Source of the DNA: Tubulanus polymorphus
Lineage: Eukaryota; Animalia; Nemertea
DNA length: 64,000 nt
Reading direction: 5' to 3'
Assembly: GCF_964204645.1 (NCBI RefSeq)
Contig: NC_134028.1
Location: 8,866,001 to 8,930,000 of the forward strand
The notes beneath the pieces are model-generated. The model did not search any database and had not been told where the DNA came from. It saw nothing but the letters and a program-made list of their open reading frames with translations. Position 1 is the first letter of the stretch, and the number at the start of each line of letters is the position of its first letter. Both the position numbers and the translations under genes were made by a program. Below, in pieces: positions 49,901 to 63,289 of the stretch.

Positions 49901-52900
49901 GGAAATAGCACTATAGTGTGTCTACACCCTGGCGCGGTATATCGTTAGTCACTAATATTTCACTATGTTTGACAGGTGCTGCCATCTTTCAAGTGAGATA
50001 ATTAGTAATTACTAATTAAATCAATACACTGCAGTGCGGTGTAGTAGCAAAATCCATCACTGATTCGTACACCGCACTGCGGTGTAGACGCACTGAAAGG
50101 GTTAAAAGGTGATTCCTGAGGGAAATCGCTGAAGAAAGTTGCCCTTGGCAAATGCAATACGCGAAATGTAAATGAATTTCCCAAATAATTCCTGATTTGA
50201 GGAAAATCTTTCAAATTCCCAAATATTTCCAAACCGGGAATTATTATTTCAAAATTCCCAAGTTTTTCTCAATTTCCCTGTTCTGCGGGAACCATGAAGA
50301 CCAAACTAGTTCTAATCAAACAACATTAGACCAGCCTATAAAAATTTAGTCATGATTACTACTGGACTTAGGGGCCAGTTACCCAAAAGTTGGTTAAAGT
50401 AAACCATCAATACGCATGTAGTTACCACGGTATTAATGCATTCGTAATATTCACTGTCACAAAATAACTTTTGAACAACAGGCTTCATAGGAATAGTAAA
50501 GTATGAAAGATGTGAAAAACTGAGCCTTAAAAAGTATCGAAATAGAGATACTGAAATAGAAATAAAAGAAGTTTCAGGATTCTAATTTTCTATGAGTACA
50601 GGTTTCTGAAACCGTCATACGTAAGGAGAGTACCAATAATAGATAAATTCTAATCAGGAATTCTATAGAAAATCTACAATTAACAAAATCTAACAAAATT
50701 TTCTTCGCTACTAAGAGATTCTAAAATTCATATTAACTGACATGATGACATGGAAATTAAAGCCATCTACCTGTATTCAACTAAAGTACTTAAGTTTTTT
50801 ACATAGCTTAGCGAAATCGGATAGTTTCCATAAGAGTCAATATACCTCATTTTCAAACTTTACATCAAAAAATATTCCTCAGAAAAACAACAACTACCTA
50901 CTTGCCGAATTTATGACAGAACTGATGTATCTATTCACCTTTTTTCGATCTTTTGATTTATTGGGTCTTCAAATATAAGAGATTTTGAAAGTCTTATAAA
51001 CCTGGGAAAAAATTTGAATCAAAGAGCACCCGAGATAAATATCTGTTTTTCTTGAATCCAGGCTTTATTCATGAAAGCGTTTGCTAATACATTGTTCGTA
51101 CAGTAAACCCGACATAATCCAGATCTTCAATTTATCCGGACATGATGATCCATGGTACAGCTCTGCAAAAATTCTGGATTTAGTGGGGTCTACTGTTGTT
51201 GTAAAACTGAAACTATCTAATTCTTAATATAATAAATCTCTCCCCAGCTGCCCTAAAGCTGAAGGATATTTTCATTTGTTGTTAATTTCCTTCGTGAAGA
51301 CCTATAGTCATCGGAGTCATATAAACTCGTCTGCTATTGTGAGGAACATTTTTTGTAATAAGAAACTCGCATCTCCAGAAATCTTCCTGAAAAATCAATC
51401 GCAACGAAAATTCTATTCAGATTGCTGTATGAAGATAGACCGGACTGGTTTAACCTTACTCGAGTTATTATTTTCCAAAAGCAGAAAATCCGAACTATTC
51501 CACGCACACAGAATGAATAAGGTAGGAGTAAAATATTTTGATATTGCTCAAAACATATTCCTCAAAATATTTTATGCAATTGATTTGAATTGCTTAACAA
51601 CTAACTACCTCCAACCGATGTACCAATGTATTGAAAATTACCTTCTCCCAAAATTCGGCTTTCACTCTCATAGGGATATGCCATTACATATATTCATAGA
51701 ACATATTTCATGCACTGTATTCACGCAATTACTGCGATTAAACCAAAAGGTACTGATTTGAATTGAAAAACACCTTTTTCTGACAGACTGCCCATAGAAC
51801 TGGTTCCCTTGATTACTCACCTCGGTAGTTATAAGTTTTATCGAGCATCCGACACTAGGTATGTGTCCCGATGTTGTCTCAAATTTAGTGCCCTGAAATA
51901 CGAAAAAATGCTTATATTAATACTAGAATCATTTTGCGGGATATTAAGCATTTTTTATAACACTCCCTCAGTAACTGATGGTAATTTAAACCATCTTAAG
52001 TGCCATTGGCCACAGATATTTTGTATGGATGATGATGAGGCCAGCTCTATTATAGTAATACGTAGCAGCTTCAATATACATAGCTGGAGCAGGGTGGCCA
52101 TTTTCTTGTTGATTTTAAAATGTTACAATCTATTCAGTTTTCAGGGGATAACATACATGTTTTGATAATGAAATGAGTAGTGTCAAGTAGATCCAAAATC
52201 CCCGAGTTTCAAGGTTTTTGCCAAAATTTGTCACATTCCCTGATTTCATTCTAGATTTTCTGATTCCTTGAGTTTTCTAGGACTACAGTGAACGCGCACC
52301 AGAAAACTTGATTTTGATTTGTTTTGTATTTTCTAACCTGAATGGGTAAACTTTCCAGTTTGAATCCATTTCGTCCGGATGATGTTATCAATTGTTTATA
52401 GATTTCCTCATCTAAGCTCAGAATAGAATAACCGACTGGATTCCTTACGCTCCACACGATATCTGTCATTACTATTGAAATGGAGAGAAATATTTGAACA
52501 TGATTATAATCTGTGATACGTAAAACTGGGAACCAACAGCTGGTGTGACAAGCGGTAAAAGAGGGTCGTCAAAATTAAGTTCATTATATCAATCAACTTA
52601 GAACATAGGGACAGGTTTTGATTGAACATGTTCTGGGTTTAGGAATAGCAATTCCGGATTACCAACTGGATTATCTGCTGGCCTTCTATTATCACAAATC
52701 ACGCAATTGCGCAACTGTTAGAATGTATTCTGGTCGAAATTGAACGCGAATTCCCGAACCCGAAGAGAGCAATCAAAACCTGCCAGATTTTTTTGGCCCC
52801 AGAATCCATACATGTCACTAAACAGGACCCATCAAATATACATCAAATTCATTTGCCAACTAAGTGATCAATAGAATTCTACTGATAATTGATTTAGTCA

Positions 52901-55900
52901 AGAGAAATGTTCATTTGATTTAAACTGAAATGTAGATGAAATTGAACGCGGAAGACCGAGTAATGACTAATAACACCCGAGGGATCCTTGCTTGCCATAA
53001 ACGGGAATCCTTGAATGGTTGCCCATTCTGCAGAAGAGGGACACGTACCAGTGCTAGCGCTGTAGTATTCGATAATCAGGGCGGCGGACGGAGTAAACAA
53101 CGTCGCTTTATCTCGTTTGTGAGTGAAAAGAAACGGATGATTCCAGACTGGTTGTACTTCAGGTCGACCTGGCATTGTTATCTATGATGAGAAAAAAGAT
53201 GGAACTAACAAAACCCATACAAGCAAAATACTGAAGTAGCTGGTGTGTTGGGTAAATTTGCGGCTACAATGCTTTGTATTGCTTCATTTTTTTTCAAGAG
53301 AAAGATGACCAAAGATTGCTCAAAATCAGGGAATCGGCTTAAATACAAGACCAGCCTTAGCTCATCTTGGTTCTATAGCCAATATGACAAATTAAGACAA
53401 GTCCTAAGATTAAAGACAACTTCAGGGCTTAATACAGTGACGACTTTGTAACAGGCCCTGGAATAAAACTCGTCACTTATTTTTCTAGGTCTGAGTTAAC
53501 TCATACTATTAACTGTGAAACTGGGCCCTAAAACTGATTATATAGACCATTGGCCTAATTAACCACTGTGTCTAGTTTGACACTCAGGATTGATATTCGT
53601 ATGATAACTATAAAGGAACTACTGGTAATTAGGGATCTCAGAAAATTTCTGCTATCAGAAAAGTTCCTTGTCTGGATACAAAACATATCCTTCACTTGGG
53701 TGAAATAAAGTCGACTGAGCCAGAATGCTCCATCCCATTGCCAGTGGTTGAAATCTTAAATACCTGCGGGTAACCTTGAGAATGTTGTTCGGGTACGTTG
53801 AAAGCAGACGGATGCGGTGAAGGAAATGTCACTGTCGTCAGTCCGATTCCGGCTAGTTTTTTACCATCGCCGAGCATATCCAACTCGTAATTATAACAAT
53901 CCGGAACAACCCTGGCAACACCGATCAGTGGTCCGGAGGGATTTATGAAAGGTCGTTGAACTTGTCGAAGCATAAATTCCAGCGCGACGTAGTTAGGACA
54001 TTCCAGATCTCGCGGTAACGAGGATGTTTTTCGTATTATGGTACAGTAAAGTCGTATTCCGTTAGGAATCCCTTTTGCTGGCTACAAAAATTTACATATT
54101 CAAACTTTTTAGAATGCAACGGAATATTTGGTCCAAAGAATATTTCATCTTCAGCAATTTACTTACCATGATAAGTTCTAAGTGGTATTGATGAAATGGG
54201 ATCAAGTAATTTAACGGTATTTTATAATTTACCAACGACTCTTTTGATGACTGATCAGCAACTGTTAAAACGAGCACTAAAAACAAACAAAGGCATTCAG
54301 CTGATACTAGTTTAAACCAAATATCAAGACAATACATGAAAGCATGTTGGAAACTTCCCAAACTAACTTTTTTTTAATGCACAAGATGAAAAGTGAATGC
54401 AATAAGTTGTGATTATCTTAATATTCTTACCTTCATCTTTTCCTTTTATATCTTCCACTTCTAACGTCACCATCTCCTCCCAGGTTGGTGAGTAGGTTGG
54501 ACGTTTAGCAGAATGTGTCACCGCTGGACTTTTCTTCGAAAAATCTTCATCCGTTTTAGTTTTTCTACAAATAACCCAAAACACCAAACTCTTTGTCCGT
54601 TTTAGTTTTTCTACACATATGTATGAAATTGTTTCATGAAATTTCTTTTCAAACTTATGAAATTTGGTTTCAGTCTACAGATTAGGCCCGAGCTAATAGT
54701 AGAGTTTATTCAATTCATGAGGTGCAAGAAAAGGGGGACTCAATGGCTAATTTTATGGTGCATTGTACTTCAAAAACCTCTTCAATAATTCAGGGAAATG
54801 AACTAGAAATTAGGAACAAAGTGCAGGAACAAACAACCTCATTCAAACTGTGAGACACAACAACCATGGAGAGAGCAAGACACCAGAAACCAGAATAAAA
54901 TTGCAAACAAAATCTTACCACTCCAAAACAATGACACTAACAACAGAAAGAACAAACTGAATATCTTTTGAAAAAACACAAAAAATATATGAAAAGCACA
55001 AAAGGGAAACTATCTAATCACACAGTTTTAAGTATAGAAATTCTCAATTACCAAATAAATATAAATACGATTGAACTAAATAGAAAACAAGTTTTCATCT
55101 AGTGAAATAGATGTACCTTTTCGCATAATTTTTCTTCGATAGATTCCTTATAGTCCTTAAATGTGGCGAGTATCGGAAGACAAAATTTTATTCGTTTGAC
55201 ATTTTTGTAACCTTAGATTATTAGAGGGTTCCTTGTAGTAAGTTCACAATATCCGTGATGAAACAATAAATGTAAAATCCCACAATTGTTGAGAGAATGA
55301 AAAGTTTGAAATACTTCAGCTATTTATTTGACATATCATTTTAGACAGAAGAAGGGTGGTAGCAACCACCCAAAATATTTCTAGTTATCAAATTAACTTT
55401 TTGAGCGATTTTACATTAAAAAGTTTAAATGTTCTCCTGGGAAATTTCATTGTAATATGAAAGATTGATTTGTTTATCCAGGCCAAGGTACTCTGTAGCA
55501 TCTTACTTATTTCGCTTTATCAACAAATCTCAGTGGAAAATCAAGGATAAGAGACTCTCTAGACTTACGCGATTGCAAATGGAATCGGTGTTTTCCCGTT
55601 TGTCACTGGAGGTAAACTCGTCGCTCCATGGAATATAACTACAATATCTTCCGCTCCGGGACGAGACACGTGACGTAACATTCCATCACCAGGCGGCGGT
55701 GTCAACATTACAGACAGCGGCGGAGAATCAACAGTCTGAAAGATGCAATAAAGTGCTTGCTCAAAACTTGTTACAACAGTGAAACATTTACACATGCGCC
55801 ACAGGTTAAGTTAAACATATGTTTTGATGAAAATTATTTTCTAGTATATTGCTATTTACGTTTACAGTAAACTACAGGGATACATCGAATTCATGCTAAT

Positions 55901-57580
55901 GTATTTCTGCCCTGAACATTTGATTTCTTCAGCGATGTCTTATCATATGTCATACTCAATGAGCGTAAGGTCCTTATGACCATAGGCCTATTACCCCTTT
56001 TAAGGTTTGCACATAAATCATAGAAAGGAATGGGTGTATATCATTTTATGTACATAAATATAAGGTATGATACACACTTATAGCATATACTGGCTATAAT
56101 GGATAAAGATATCTGGTCCTGACATGCATCCATTAAGTCTACTGTATTATTCTATGGTACTCACTGTTCTCGGAGTACTCCGACTGGGAGGAACGGTAGA
56201 CGGAGGTAAGTCTATGGTAGACGGAGGTTTAGGGGGTGGAGGTGGCGGTGGAGGGGTCACAACGATTGGAGAGGGCTCCGGCTCTGGTTCTGGTGTTTCA
56301 TCTTTTGCATAAATATCCTCTTTCAAGGACGCTGAAAACAAATAATCAATAAATGATAAGTTTTCTAAATATGTATAATCTTGGTTGAACTTACAATGAA
56401 TTTATAGACAAATTCATTATTGGTAAAGCTAAAACCTAAAGAGTTCAATCTATAAATGAACTCAAATTAAATTCAACCTATGAATTAACTTGACTTAAAT
56501 TAATGAGACTAATCTATAGAAGAATGCATAATGATTTTAACATATAGATATACCCTGTTTAATCTATAGGTAACCTTTTTAACATGGAGATAAACTTATG
56601 AGTTTAACCTATATAGAAACACATGAGTTAAGTAGAGAAACTCTTCATTAGTTTAATCTAAAGAAACTCATTGTGAGTTTAATCCATGAAAACCCATGTG
56701 CAAATAAATTCATCTTGATAAATATCCTGATCATTTTTACATCAGATCATAGAACTAGAAATATAAATAGGAGATGAATGAATAAGTTACCTGTAAATTT
56801 GATACGTCCACAGTGCATATTGATATCCTCAGTACTAACAGTACGTAAAAGAGTCATTATATCAGTATAGTGATACAGATCATCACCGCGGTCGACCGTT
56901 AAATCAATACGCGGTGCGTTCGTCCGTGGATAGATGGCAAACTTGGCTTCGCCGACGAGTTTAGCCGGAGCACCACCAGTTGACTGCACTTCGAATGCCT
57001 GGACCAGCAGATAAACATCATGTACGTTATCATTTTTACAATATCCTAAAAACAAAAGATTACTAAGGATTACTAAGTGATTCGTTTAAAGAAAATGGAA
57101 GTTACTAGATTTATCAAAAACATATCAACTGTTCGAAAATACAATACATGTACAAAATACCAGACATTATACTGTTAAGATTTGATTAAAAACGGTTTAG
57201 CAATGAGTTGTCTCATTCAAGGAATTAAACTGGCTCCAATTAAGTTTGAATCAGTTGCATTCAAATCAATACAAAAATATTAAGTTTAAATTATTCATTG
57301 AGTCTGGCCAATCAAATGCATACGAACCTCGTGGCAAACTGAAAATGAATTTATGATTTTTGAACTCGTAGAAATGTTCGTCTTCATCTTGAGAAATTTG
57401 ATCGGTTTGCGCTTCATATTGAGCGACCGGTTCCCCGTCATTGACCGCGACAGTAATTGCGCTGTGATCGGTATTGAAACTACTTTGAATCGATATCTTC
57501 AAGTGAAATTGTCCCATGTAGTTGAACTGTATGTTGTGCATGTCGAATGCAAACAGCAACACTTTCTTTTCCATCGCCAT
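34964..57580 (-). CDS. CCDC33: Coiled-coil domain-containing protein 33 (C2-like domains plus C-terminal coiled coil), 19 coding exons, ~978 aa
   Basis: Phase-consistent exons 57328-57580, 56791-57045, 56165-56331, 55569-55735, 54431-54564, 54167-54276, 53764-54081, 53049-53181, 52338-52471, 51821-51892, 49344-49511, 43454-43584, 41007-41254, 40286-40374, 39724-39904, 39379-39455, 39182-39286, 38632-38748, 34964-35041 (sum 2937 nt). Segments ELDRYRLAVQKMGQDIIQLR, KDRVQHLQNELI.KNEQEKE and QLAENARKWGKEK recall vertebrate CCDC33. C2-type PTWEE and PVWN motifs are present. Confidence 0.88.
37277..37451. mobile_element. Tc1/mariner-pogo-type MITE
   Basis: TIRs CAGTGGAACCTCGTTA / TAACAAGGTTCCGCTG. 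TA TSDs are decayed. Confidence 0.7.
37998..38135. mobile_element. Harbinger-type palindromic MITE
   Basis: GGGCCAGTTGCACAGTCATG ... CATGACTATGCAACCGGCCC with 3-bp TSD CAG. Relatives at ~43120-43240 and ~53327-53460. Confidence 0.8.
39500..39627. mobile_element. Harbinger-type palindromic MITE
   Basis: GGGCCAGTTGCTCAAAAGTTGGTTAA ... TTAACCAACTTTTTAACAACTGGCCC with 3-bp TSD CTG. Relative at ~50371-50484. Confidence 0.82.
46145..46630. mobile_element. Fragments of the MULE family seen at 46862-48282
   Basis: GGTAAAAATCCCC / GGGATTTTTACC terminal motifs at ~46152, 46526-46562 and 46582-46625. Confidence 0.6.
46862..48282 (+). mobile_element. Internally deleted MULE (Mutator-like) transposon with a FLYWCH-domain remnant, in a CCDC33 intron
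   Basis: TIRs are built of tandem GGTAAAAATCCCCC motifs (46870-46965; inverted at 48198-48277). 9-bp TSD CTGTTTTAT (46853-46861, 48283-48291). ORF from 47876 reads SNKGGQKLCLEGYTY..YWECTKR..CMARL..DHNH (FLYWCH) and is truncated at the right TIR. Confidence 0.88.
47080..47550 (+). mobile_element. Nested Harbinger-like fragment with a MADF/SANT remnant
   Basis: Begins taa|GGCTGGCTTATGTCG with GCAACGCGACG repeats. 47455-47540 translates AEDWTEDLETKLVELWCERPSL(fs)DVASK, like a MADF N-terminus. Confidence 0.55.
48760..49153 (-). repeat. Near-identical inverted copy of 47300-47694
   Basis: ~395-bp reverse-complement match with only about 2 differences seen by eye. Confidence 0.92.
49814..50101. 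mobile_element. Non-autonomous piggyBac element
   Basis: TTAA|CCCTTTCAGTGC ... GCACTGAAAGGG|TTAA. Confidence 0.92.
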
Positions 57581-58292
57581 CTTCAAATTCTACAAACGGA
57601 TAGAAATTCAATCAACTGTTCGCATAAAGATTACGTATATTTTATCCGAGAATGAATTCAGGTAAAATTTGTGGAAAATACTGAACAAAAGATTTTCTAT
57701 AGAAGTTCAACTTCATCACAGTAACATTTTCCAAATTATATCATAATTTCCAGATAACAAGAGAAAATTTATACGTGCTAGCAAATGGTAGGAACTTATC
57801 TAACATGAATGAAACTGAATTTCAAATACATTGGCTTCTATGGAAACTTGATGAATTTTTCAGTTGTCCGGCCATTTTAGAATTGAAGCACTAGATTTTG
57901 ATGTACTTAGGTGATCAGTGAAGTTTCTACGACGTAACTAGAGGAACATTTCGATAACTTCGACTCAGAGCTAAGTGGTTTACTAAGAACTATATACACC
58001 CTTAAAAGGGATAGCTGACAAAAATTGTTTACAAACAAGTACTAACTTTATAATTTCACGAAAAACCAGATTATCAAATTGTTTAACAGTTAGGTCAAGT
58101 GAAATGGGAAATTCAATAGAAAAATCGATGTCATATCATTCCTAACTCACCCCATCAGAATTAGATTAGCAACACATAGCAAGATAGAAAAGGCTGCGTA
58201 GGTATTGGTGAAATACGCTACCACTGAAATCTTACCTTTGTTTACCGTAATCCTGAAACTAACTAGACATTCATTGATTTCACGTCAATCAA

Positions 58293-58306
58293 GTGACCAT
58301 AGTAAC
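58293..58306. promoter_or_regulatory. RFX X-box at the presumed CCDC33 promoter
   Basis: GTGACCATAGTAAC fits GTNRCC-N(0-3)-RGYAAC. It lies ~60 nt upstream of a strong minus-strand donor (AAAG|gtaaga at 58235). Confidence 0.6.
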
Positions 58307-59279
58307 AATTAATAATTACTGCAGTGACATCTGTAACCCTACAGGACAGAAATTCTGATCTTATGGAGATCAATTACTGCATGTACTAGACACACATACA
58401 TAAACACAGTCAATAGAATATCTACAGTAAAGATTCCAATAAAAAAACTGGCACAAGTAAAGGTATTGAATAGAGAGCAGTTTAGAACTGGCAGGAACTC
58501 TCAATAGAAATAATTCTCATAGCTTATAGTGACAGTGATTTGAATCAACACGGCAACTGTGAACGCGCATTATATTGTGAAATATTTCCACTTATTTGCG
58601 AAAATGATTTACTAACTCTGCTACATAATTCGATCATAAGAAAAAGCGAATAGGGTAATGAAAAACTCACTTGATTCACTTAACAATTAAGAACGTCCTT
58701 TATCATACTTCATTAATGACTCTTGTTATTATGACTCTATGTTATTGATCAAATTATCATATTAAATCATCATTTTAATCCAGATCTTGATTTAAAATCA
58801 ACGAAATTTAATGAAATAAATAAGGCTTTCTACCTGATATCTTGTCGTCTAAGAAATACTGTATTTTTGTTTTAACTTAAGATGATAAACTATATATGGT
58901 CAATATTCAAGGGTAAATAGATGCATGTCCAATCTCTTATCTTATCTTTATAGACTTTTCTTTATAGATTAGCTATTTTGCCAATTGTGTGACTCGTTTG
59001 TTTTAGAAAAAGTCTTTTTTACATTGTCTCATGTGATCTAAAGCGCGGAGATTATTCTAAAGTTCTACGCTATATAAATTAATTATTTTCATTATTACTA
59101 TTGTCCAGGTCAAAATTTTCTATATCAGGAATAAGGTATTTCAGGTTTCATCAAAGAATTGTTTTTGTCCCTGGACTGAGTTATGTGATCATCAGAAACA
59201 TTACATCATTACATCAGAAACAATCTAACCACAGCCTACAGCCTTTTCAAAAGCCTCATACGCCCCATCATTGGATACT

Positions 59280-60354
59280 GTAGTGAGATATGGGACTCCG
59301 CCTATATATCACTAAAATAGACCAATCTAACTTTTACGATATTTGTAACTCTCTACCCTGCGAAAAATGGTTCATCAAATTTGGCAAATATCTACTCCCG
59401 GTAAAGAAACGCTCTGTTAATGCTGCTGTTCGTGGTGATCTGGGACAGTAACTTGTAACCTTCTTGCCACTTATGGTCAATTACTGGCTGCGCATCTGTA
59501 AAATAGACAGTTCGACTGTGGTATATAAAACGTATCTTGAAAACCTAACGTCTATGCACTCAACCTAGAACTGGTGCACAAGTCTCCACTCACTTCTGGA
59601 ATGCCTCGTCCTCTCAGGTGTTTGGTGCAATCAAGGGTCAAACCATCCCAAAAAGATAATTAATCTACTGCAGTCTAAAATAAAAGCCCTTTATTCTTCC
59701 ATTTGGCTCGAAGAAATTAACGACTCAAACAAAAACCCAAAACTCCGATCCTACAAACTATTTAAGTCACGCTTCATTATAGAAAATTATGTTGTTGCTA
59801 ACAACTTCACAAATCGCCGCGAATTCTCCAAATTACGCCTTGGGTCCCACCATCTCCGTATTGAAACTGGACGACATCACAAACCTCCAATACCGGTTCC
59901 CGATAGGATCTGTCAATTTTGCTCAGATCAATCTGTTGACGATGAACTGCATTTTCTGATCGACTGTTCATACTCCGACAGTGCCAGGTCGGATATTTAC
60001 ACGTATTTGGACACTTTTACCGATTTCAGGACCCTGACTCACTATGATAAATTCGCTTTTCTGATGTCTTACAATAACAACGATCCCGAAATCTCTACAA
60101 TTGTGTGCGATTTGGTTGATAAATTGGTTAAGCTAAGACTCGACCCCGTTTTGTAGTAATTCCTCAGCTTTGAGACTGAGGGCGCCTTTCTAATTATTTC
60201 TTGTATAAGCTTTTGTTTTTTATGATACATGTATTATGTACTCTTATTATGTTATTCTTAATTGTTTTGTCCTGTAAATTTATTGCATGTCTTATCCTAT
60301 GTATAAATGTTATATACGGCGCAATAAATATAAGTTCAAGTTCGAGTTCAAGTT
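59280..60354 (+). mobile_element. 5'-truncated CR1/L2-group LINE
   Basis: Decayed frame reads SVNAAVRGDLG..NPKLRSYKLFK..ENYV..RREFSKLRLGSHHLRIETGRH..DRICQFC..VDDELHFLIDC, followed by AATAAA and a (AGTTCA)n tail at ~60323-60354. Confidence 0.88.
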
Positions 60355-60417
60355 ATGTGGATTTACATGTAATTTGATGCTGGACAGTTCCCAAAATGTA
60401 TCAGTTAGCCTCTTTAA

Positions 60418-62105
60418 CCCTTAGTGCGCTGAAACCGAAAAATGTCGGGGATCCATTTTTAAAATAGGTGCTGGCTCCGACGAATTTCGGGAAATCAGGA
60501 CCGCAAGTTCAGCACTAGATAGTACTGCCGCCTCGTGTTAGAAATAAGAACTATTATTAGATTATCGATCTGCACTGTCATAGCTTTCATTACAACTATC
60601 GTAGTATACTATAATACGCAACATGGCGGCGCGCAGGCCTTCTCGAATCCAAGTGGCTGACGTGATTGATCAAATTTTGGATAGTGACGATAGTGACAAT
60701 GCCGTGTCAGATAACAGCGATTCAGAATATTTTCAAGATGAGAGTATGGTGCTGGATGAATCAGAGGGACAGTCGGATGATTCTGAACCGGACAACTCAA
60801 ATGATGGCCAGTCAGATGATGGAATAAATCTTCCCCCACCGAAATCTTCCCCCACCCCCTAATAATGACTCAAAATTTGATGATGGTGACTGGTTGTGTG
60901 TCTCAAGCGAAGATGATCTAACATATCCGCAACAGAAACCATTTGTCGGACACCCAGGTACAAAGGTGAGCAATGCTAAAGTAAAAATTAGATTTATATG
61001 GTGTTTACAGGGTGGGTTATTTTCAAACAAAAATTTTCCGACAAATTTCGGGAGATCACACACGTGAATAAATTCATTTTATTTTGCATAAAAATTCCCT
61101 AGATTTTTATGGAAAATGAAGGATTTATACAATTTCATTTCTGATTTGCTTATTCAGGCCCTTGACCACATAAAATTTTATCTTTTCCAGTTACCGGCTA
61201 TGCTGCGAAGAGAGCCAATCGACTTTTTCAACCTATTCTGGTCAGATGCTATTATCAATCGCATGGTCAGAACACTGATACTGTGACTCATGACAAAATT
61301 GCGAGAATGAACTTGAAACCGAATTCAAGATTGAAAAAGTGGAAAACCCCAACAAAGGATGACATAAGAACGCTGATGGGTATGTGTATAAATATGGGTG
61401 TCATCAGACTTCCACGTTTGTCAGATTATTTTTCAAGTAACTTCCGAATAAACATACCATTCTTCCACTCATCTTTGAGCCGTGATGAGTTCTATTTACT
61501 GTTCTGGAACTTTCATGTTGCTGAACTGCTGCCACATGGGCAAAACATTCCTTCCAAATCGTACAAGATAAAGTGGGTGATCGACCATATAAATGCTCAA
61601 AGTCAAGCCCTTTACGAAATGGGCGAGGCCATTGCTGTTGACGAGACAATGGTAAAATTCAAAGGCTGTGTGTCATTCCGCCAGTATTGCCCTAAAAATC
61701 CTATAAAGTGGGGACTCAAGCTCTTCAAATTAGCTGATAGCAACTCATCTTATATGTGGCAGCAAAACTTGTATGTAGGGAAGGACGATAATGGCGGTCC
61801 GGATCCAGGCGAATACGGTAAATCTGGTCAACATGTACTTGACTTGGTACCACCGCTAGCTCACTGTGGACACTGGTTATTTGCTGATCGTTACTTTTGG
61901 TCTGTCGATTTAGCCGAGAGACTGATTGAGCTGGGTTTTAATTTGACTGGAACAATTATGCCTTATATAAAAGGCCTGCCAAAAATTTTGAAAACCAGTA
62001 AAGGCATGAAAGTTGGAGATTTTGTGGCTTTTCGAAAGGATGATATATTGGTTGTTCAGTGGAAGGACAAAAGAGTTATCACCATGATAACCAATGGCCA
62101 CAGAT
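60418..62105 (+). mobile_element. piggyBac element A: left end and decayed, intron-containing transposase, 3'-truncated
   Basis: TTAA|CCCTTAG left end. Acidic N-terminus from 60623, frameshifted by a 16-bp duplication at ~60825-60856. Core 61283-62113 contains AVDETMVKFKG..QYCPKNPIKWGLK and LFADRYF..GT. The third catalytic Asp region is missing. Confidence 0.9.
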
Positions 62106-62902
62106 CACGTTGACTGCCACTCAAAAAATTTTTTTTCTCAACATTGCCAATTTCACCAATCAACGAAAAGTAGGCGGAAACCACATACATTGATTTTTAT
62201 TGCATTTAATGCATGTATTACACCTATTATATGGTGAAAACAGAGTTGAATCGAGTCTTGTAGTTGGCAGTGGGGGTAAACGTTTTATACCAGTTGCCAG
62301 CTACGAGACTCGTTCCCCCTCCCCTAAACCCAGATGTTCCAGCAGCATTTCACTATCTTGCATGTGTTCCCCCATCAGATAGAAAGCAATACCCAACAAA
62401 GCCATGTCGCATTTGCAGAAGAGATGGTAACCGCAAAGAAACACGTTACGTTTGTGATGTCTGTCCTGGAAAACCAGCATTATGTGTAACCCCTTGTTTC
62501 AGGAGATACCATGTACAAAACTAAAGAAATGCCATGACAACAATGCTATAATTTCTATCGTACTATGTTTATTATCGATTCACAGTGAGGTGAATCATTT
62601 CTTTCCACTTAGGAAAGGTATTTGATGCCTTATAAACTTTGATGTGAAAATAATCACGTAATATAATTTGATTTTTTAGATGTTCATAAATAAATAAAGA
62701 ATTGATAAAAAAAGTTAGTTATTGATTTTTTAAAAATTACTTGTTTATCTGAGTTGCCAGACTTCGATTTATGTTGTTATCCACATTGCCAAACAGAAAA
62801 AAAATGAATTCATTCACTCCGGGCTTACTACGAGATATCTCGTAGTGGCAAGGAGCGGTACACCTGCTACTACGAGATATCTCGTAGATGGCAGTCAACG
62901 TG
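62106..62902 (+). mobile_element. piggyBac element B: internally deleted, retains a Cys-rich C-terminal domain
   Basis: Perfect 14-bp TIR CACGTTGACTGCCA (62106) / TGGCAGTCAACGTG|TTAA (62889-62906). ORF 62264-62524 reads CRIC..KETRYVCDVC..PALCVTPCFRRYH. Two TACGAGATATCTCGTA subterminal palindromes. Confidence 0.82.
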
Positions 62903-63289
62903 TTAATGCAATTTCCAGGCACCTAAGACACAAAAATGACATTCTGCAACAATTCTTTAAGAGAAAAGAGAAACAATTTTTTCGCACTTTTTTAAAAAAG
63001 GCGCACAGAATTTACGACAGGAGCACGTGCTCCGCGTGCTCCCGTCTAGATCCGCCCCGTACAGCTACACATATAATTGATAATTCAGTCAACAGATGGC
63101 AGCACGTCATAGACAATTGTACACATGTTTCTTTCAAGTTGTGCTTGTCCTACACGAAAGCCGAGATAGCTGAATAAAGGTAGGTTAAACTATTTATTTA
63201 GTGCAGTAATACCGGTGGCATGTAAAACAGTAGTTGTAGTAGTAAATAAAAAAATACAAAGATTACAGAGGTGCAATCATAATGATTAT

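Noticed and set aside
51276-52165. + strand ORFs of 161 and 118 aa
   Set aside because: No recognisable motifs or splice support. They are antisense to CCDC33 intron and exon sequence.
56225-56260. G-rich run resembling a G-quadruplex or a Gly-rich + strand ORF
   Set aside because: It is the antisense of a polyproline tract in a CCDC33 exon.
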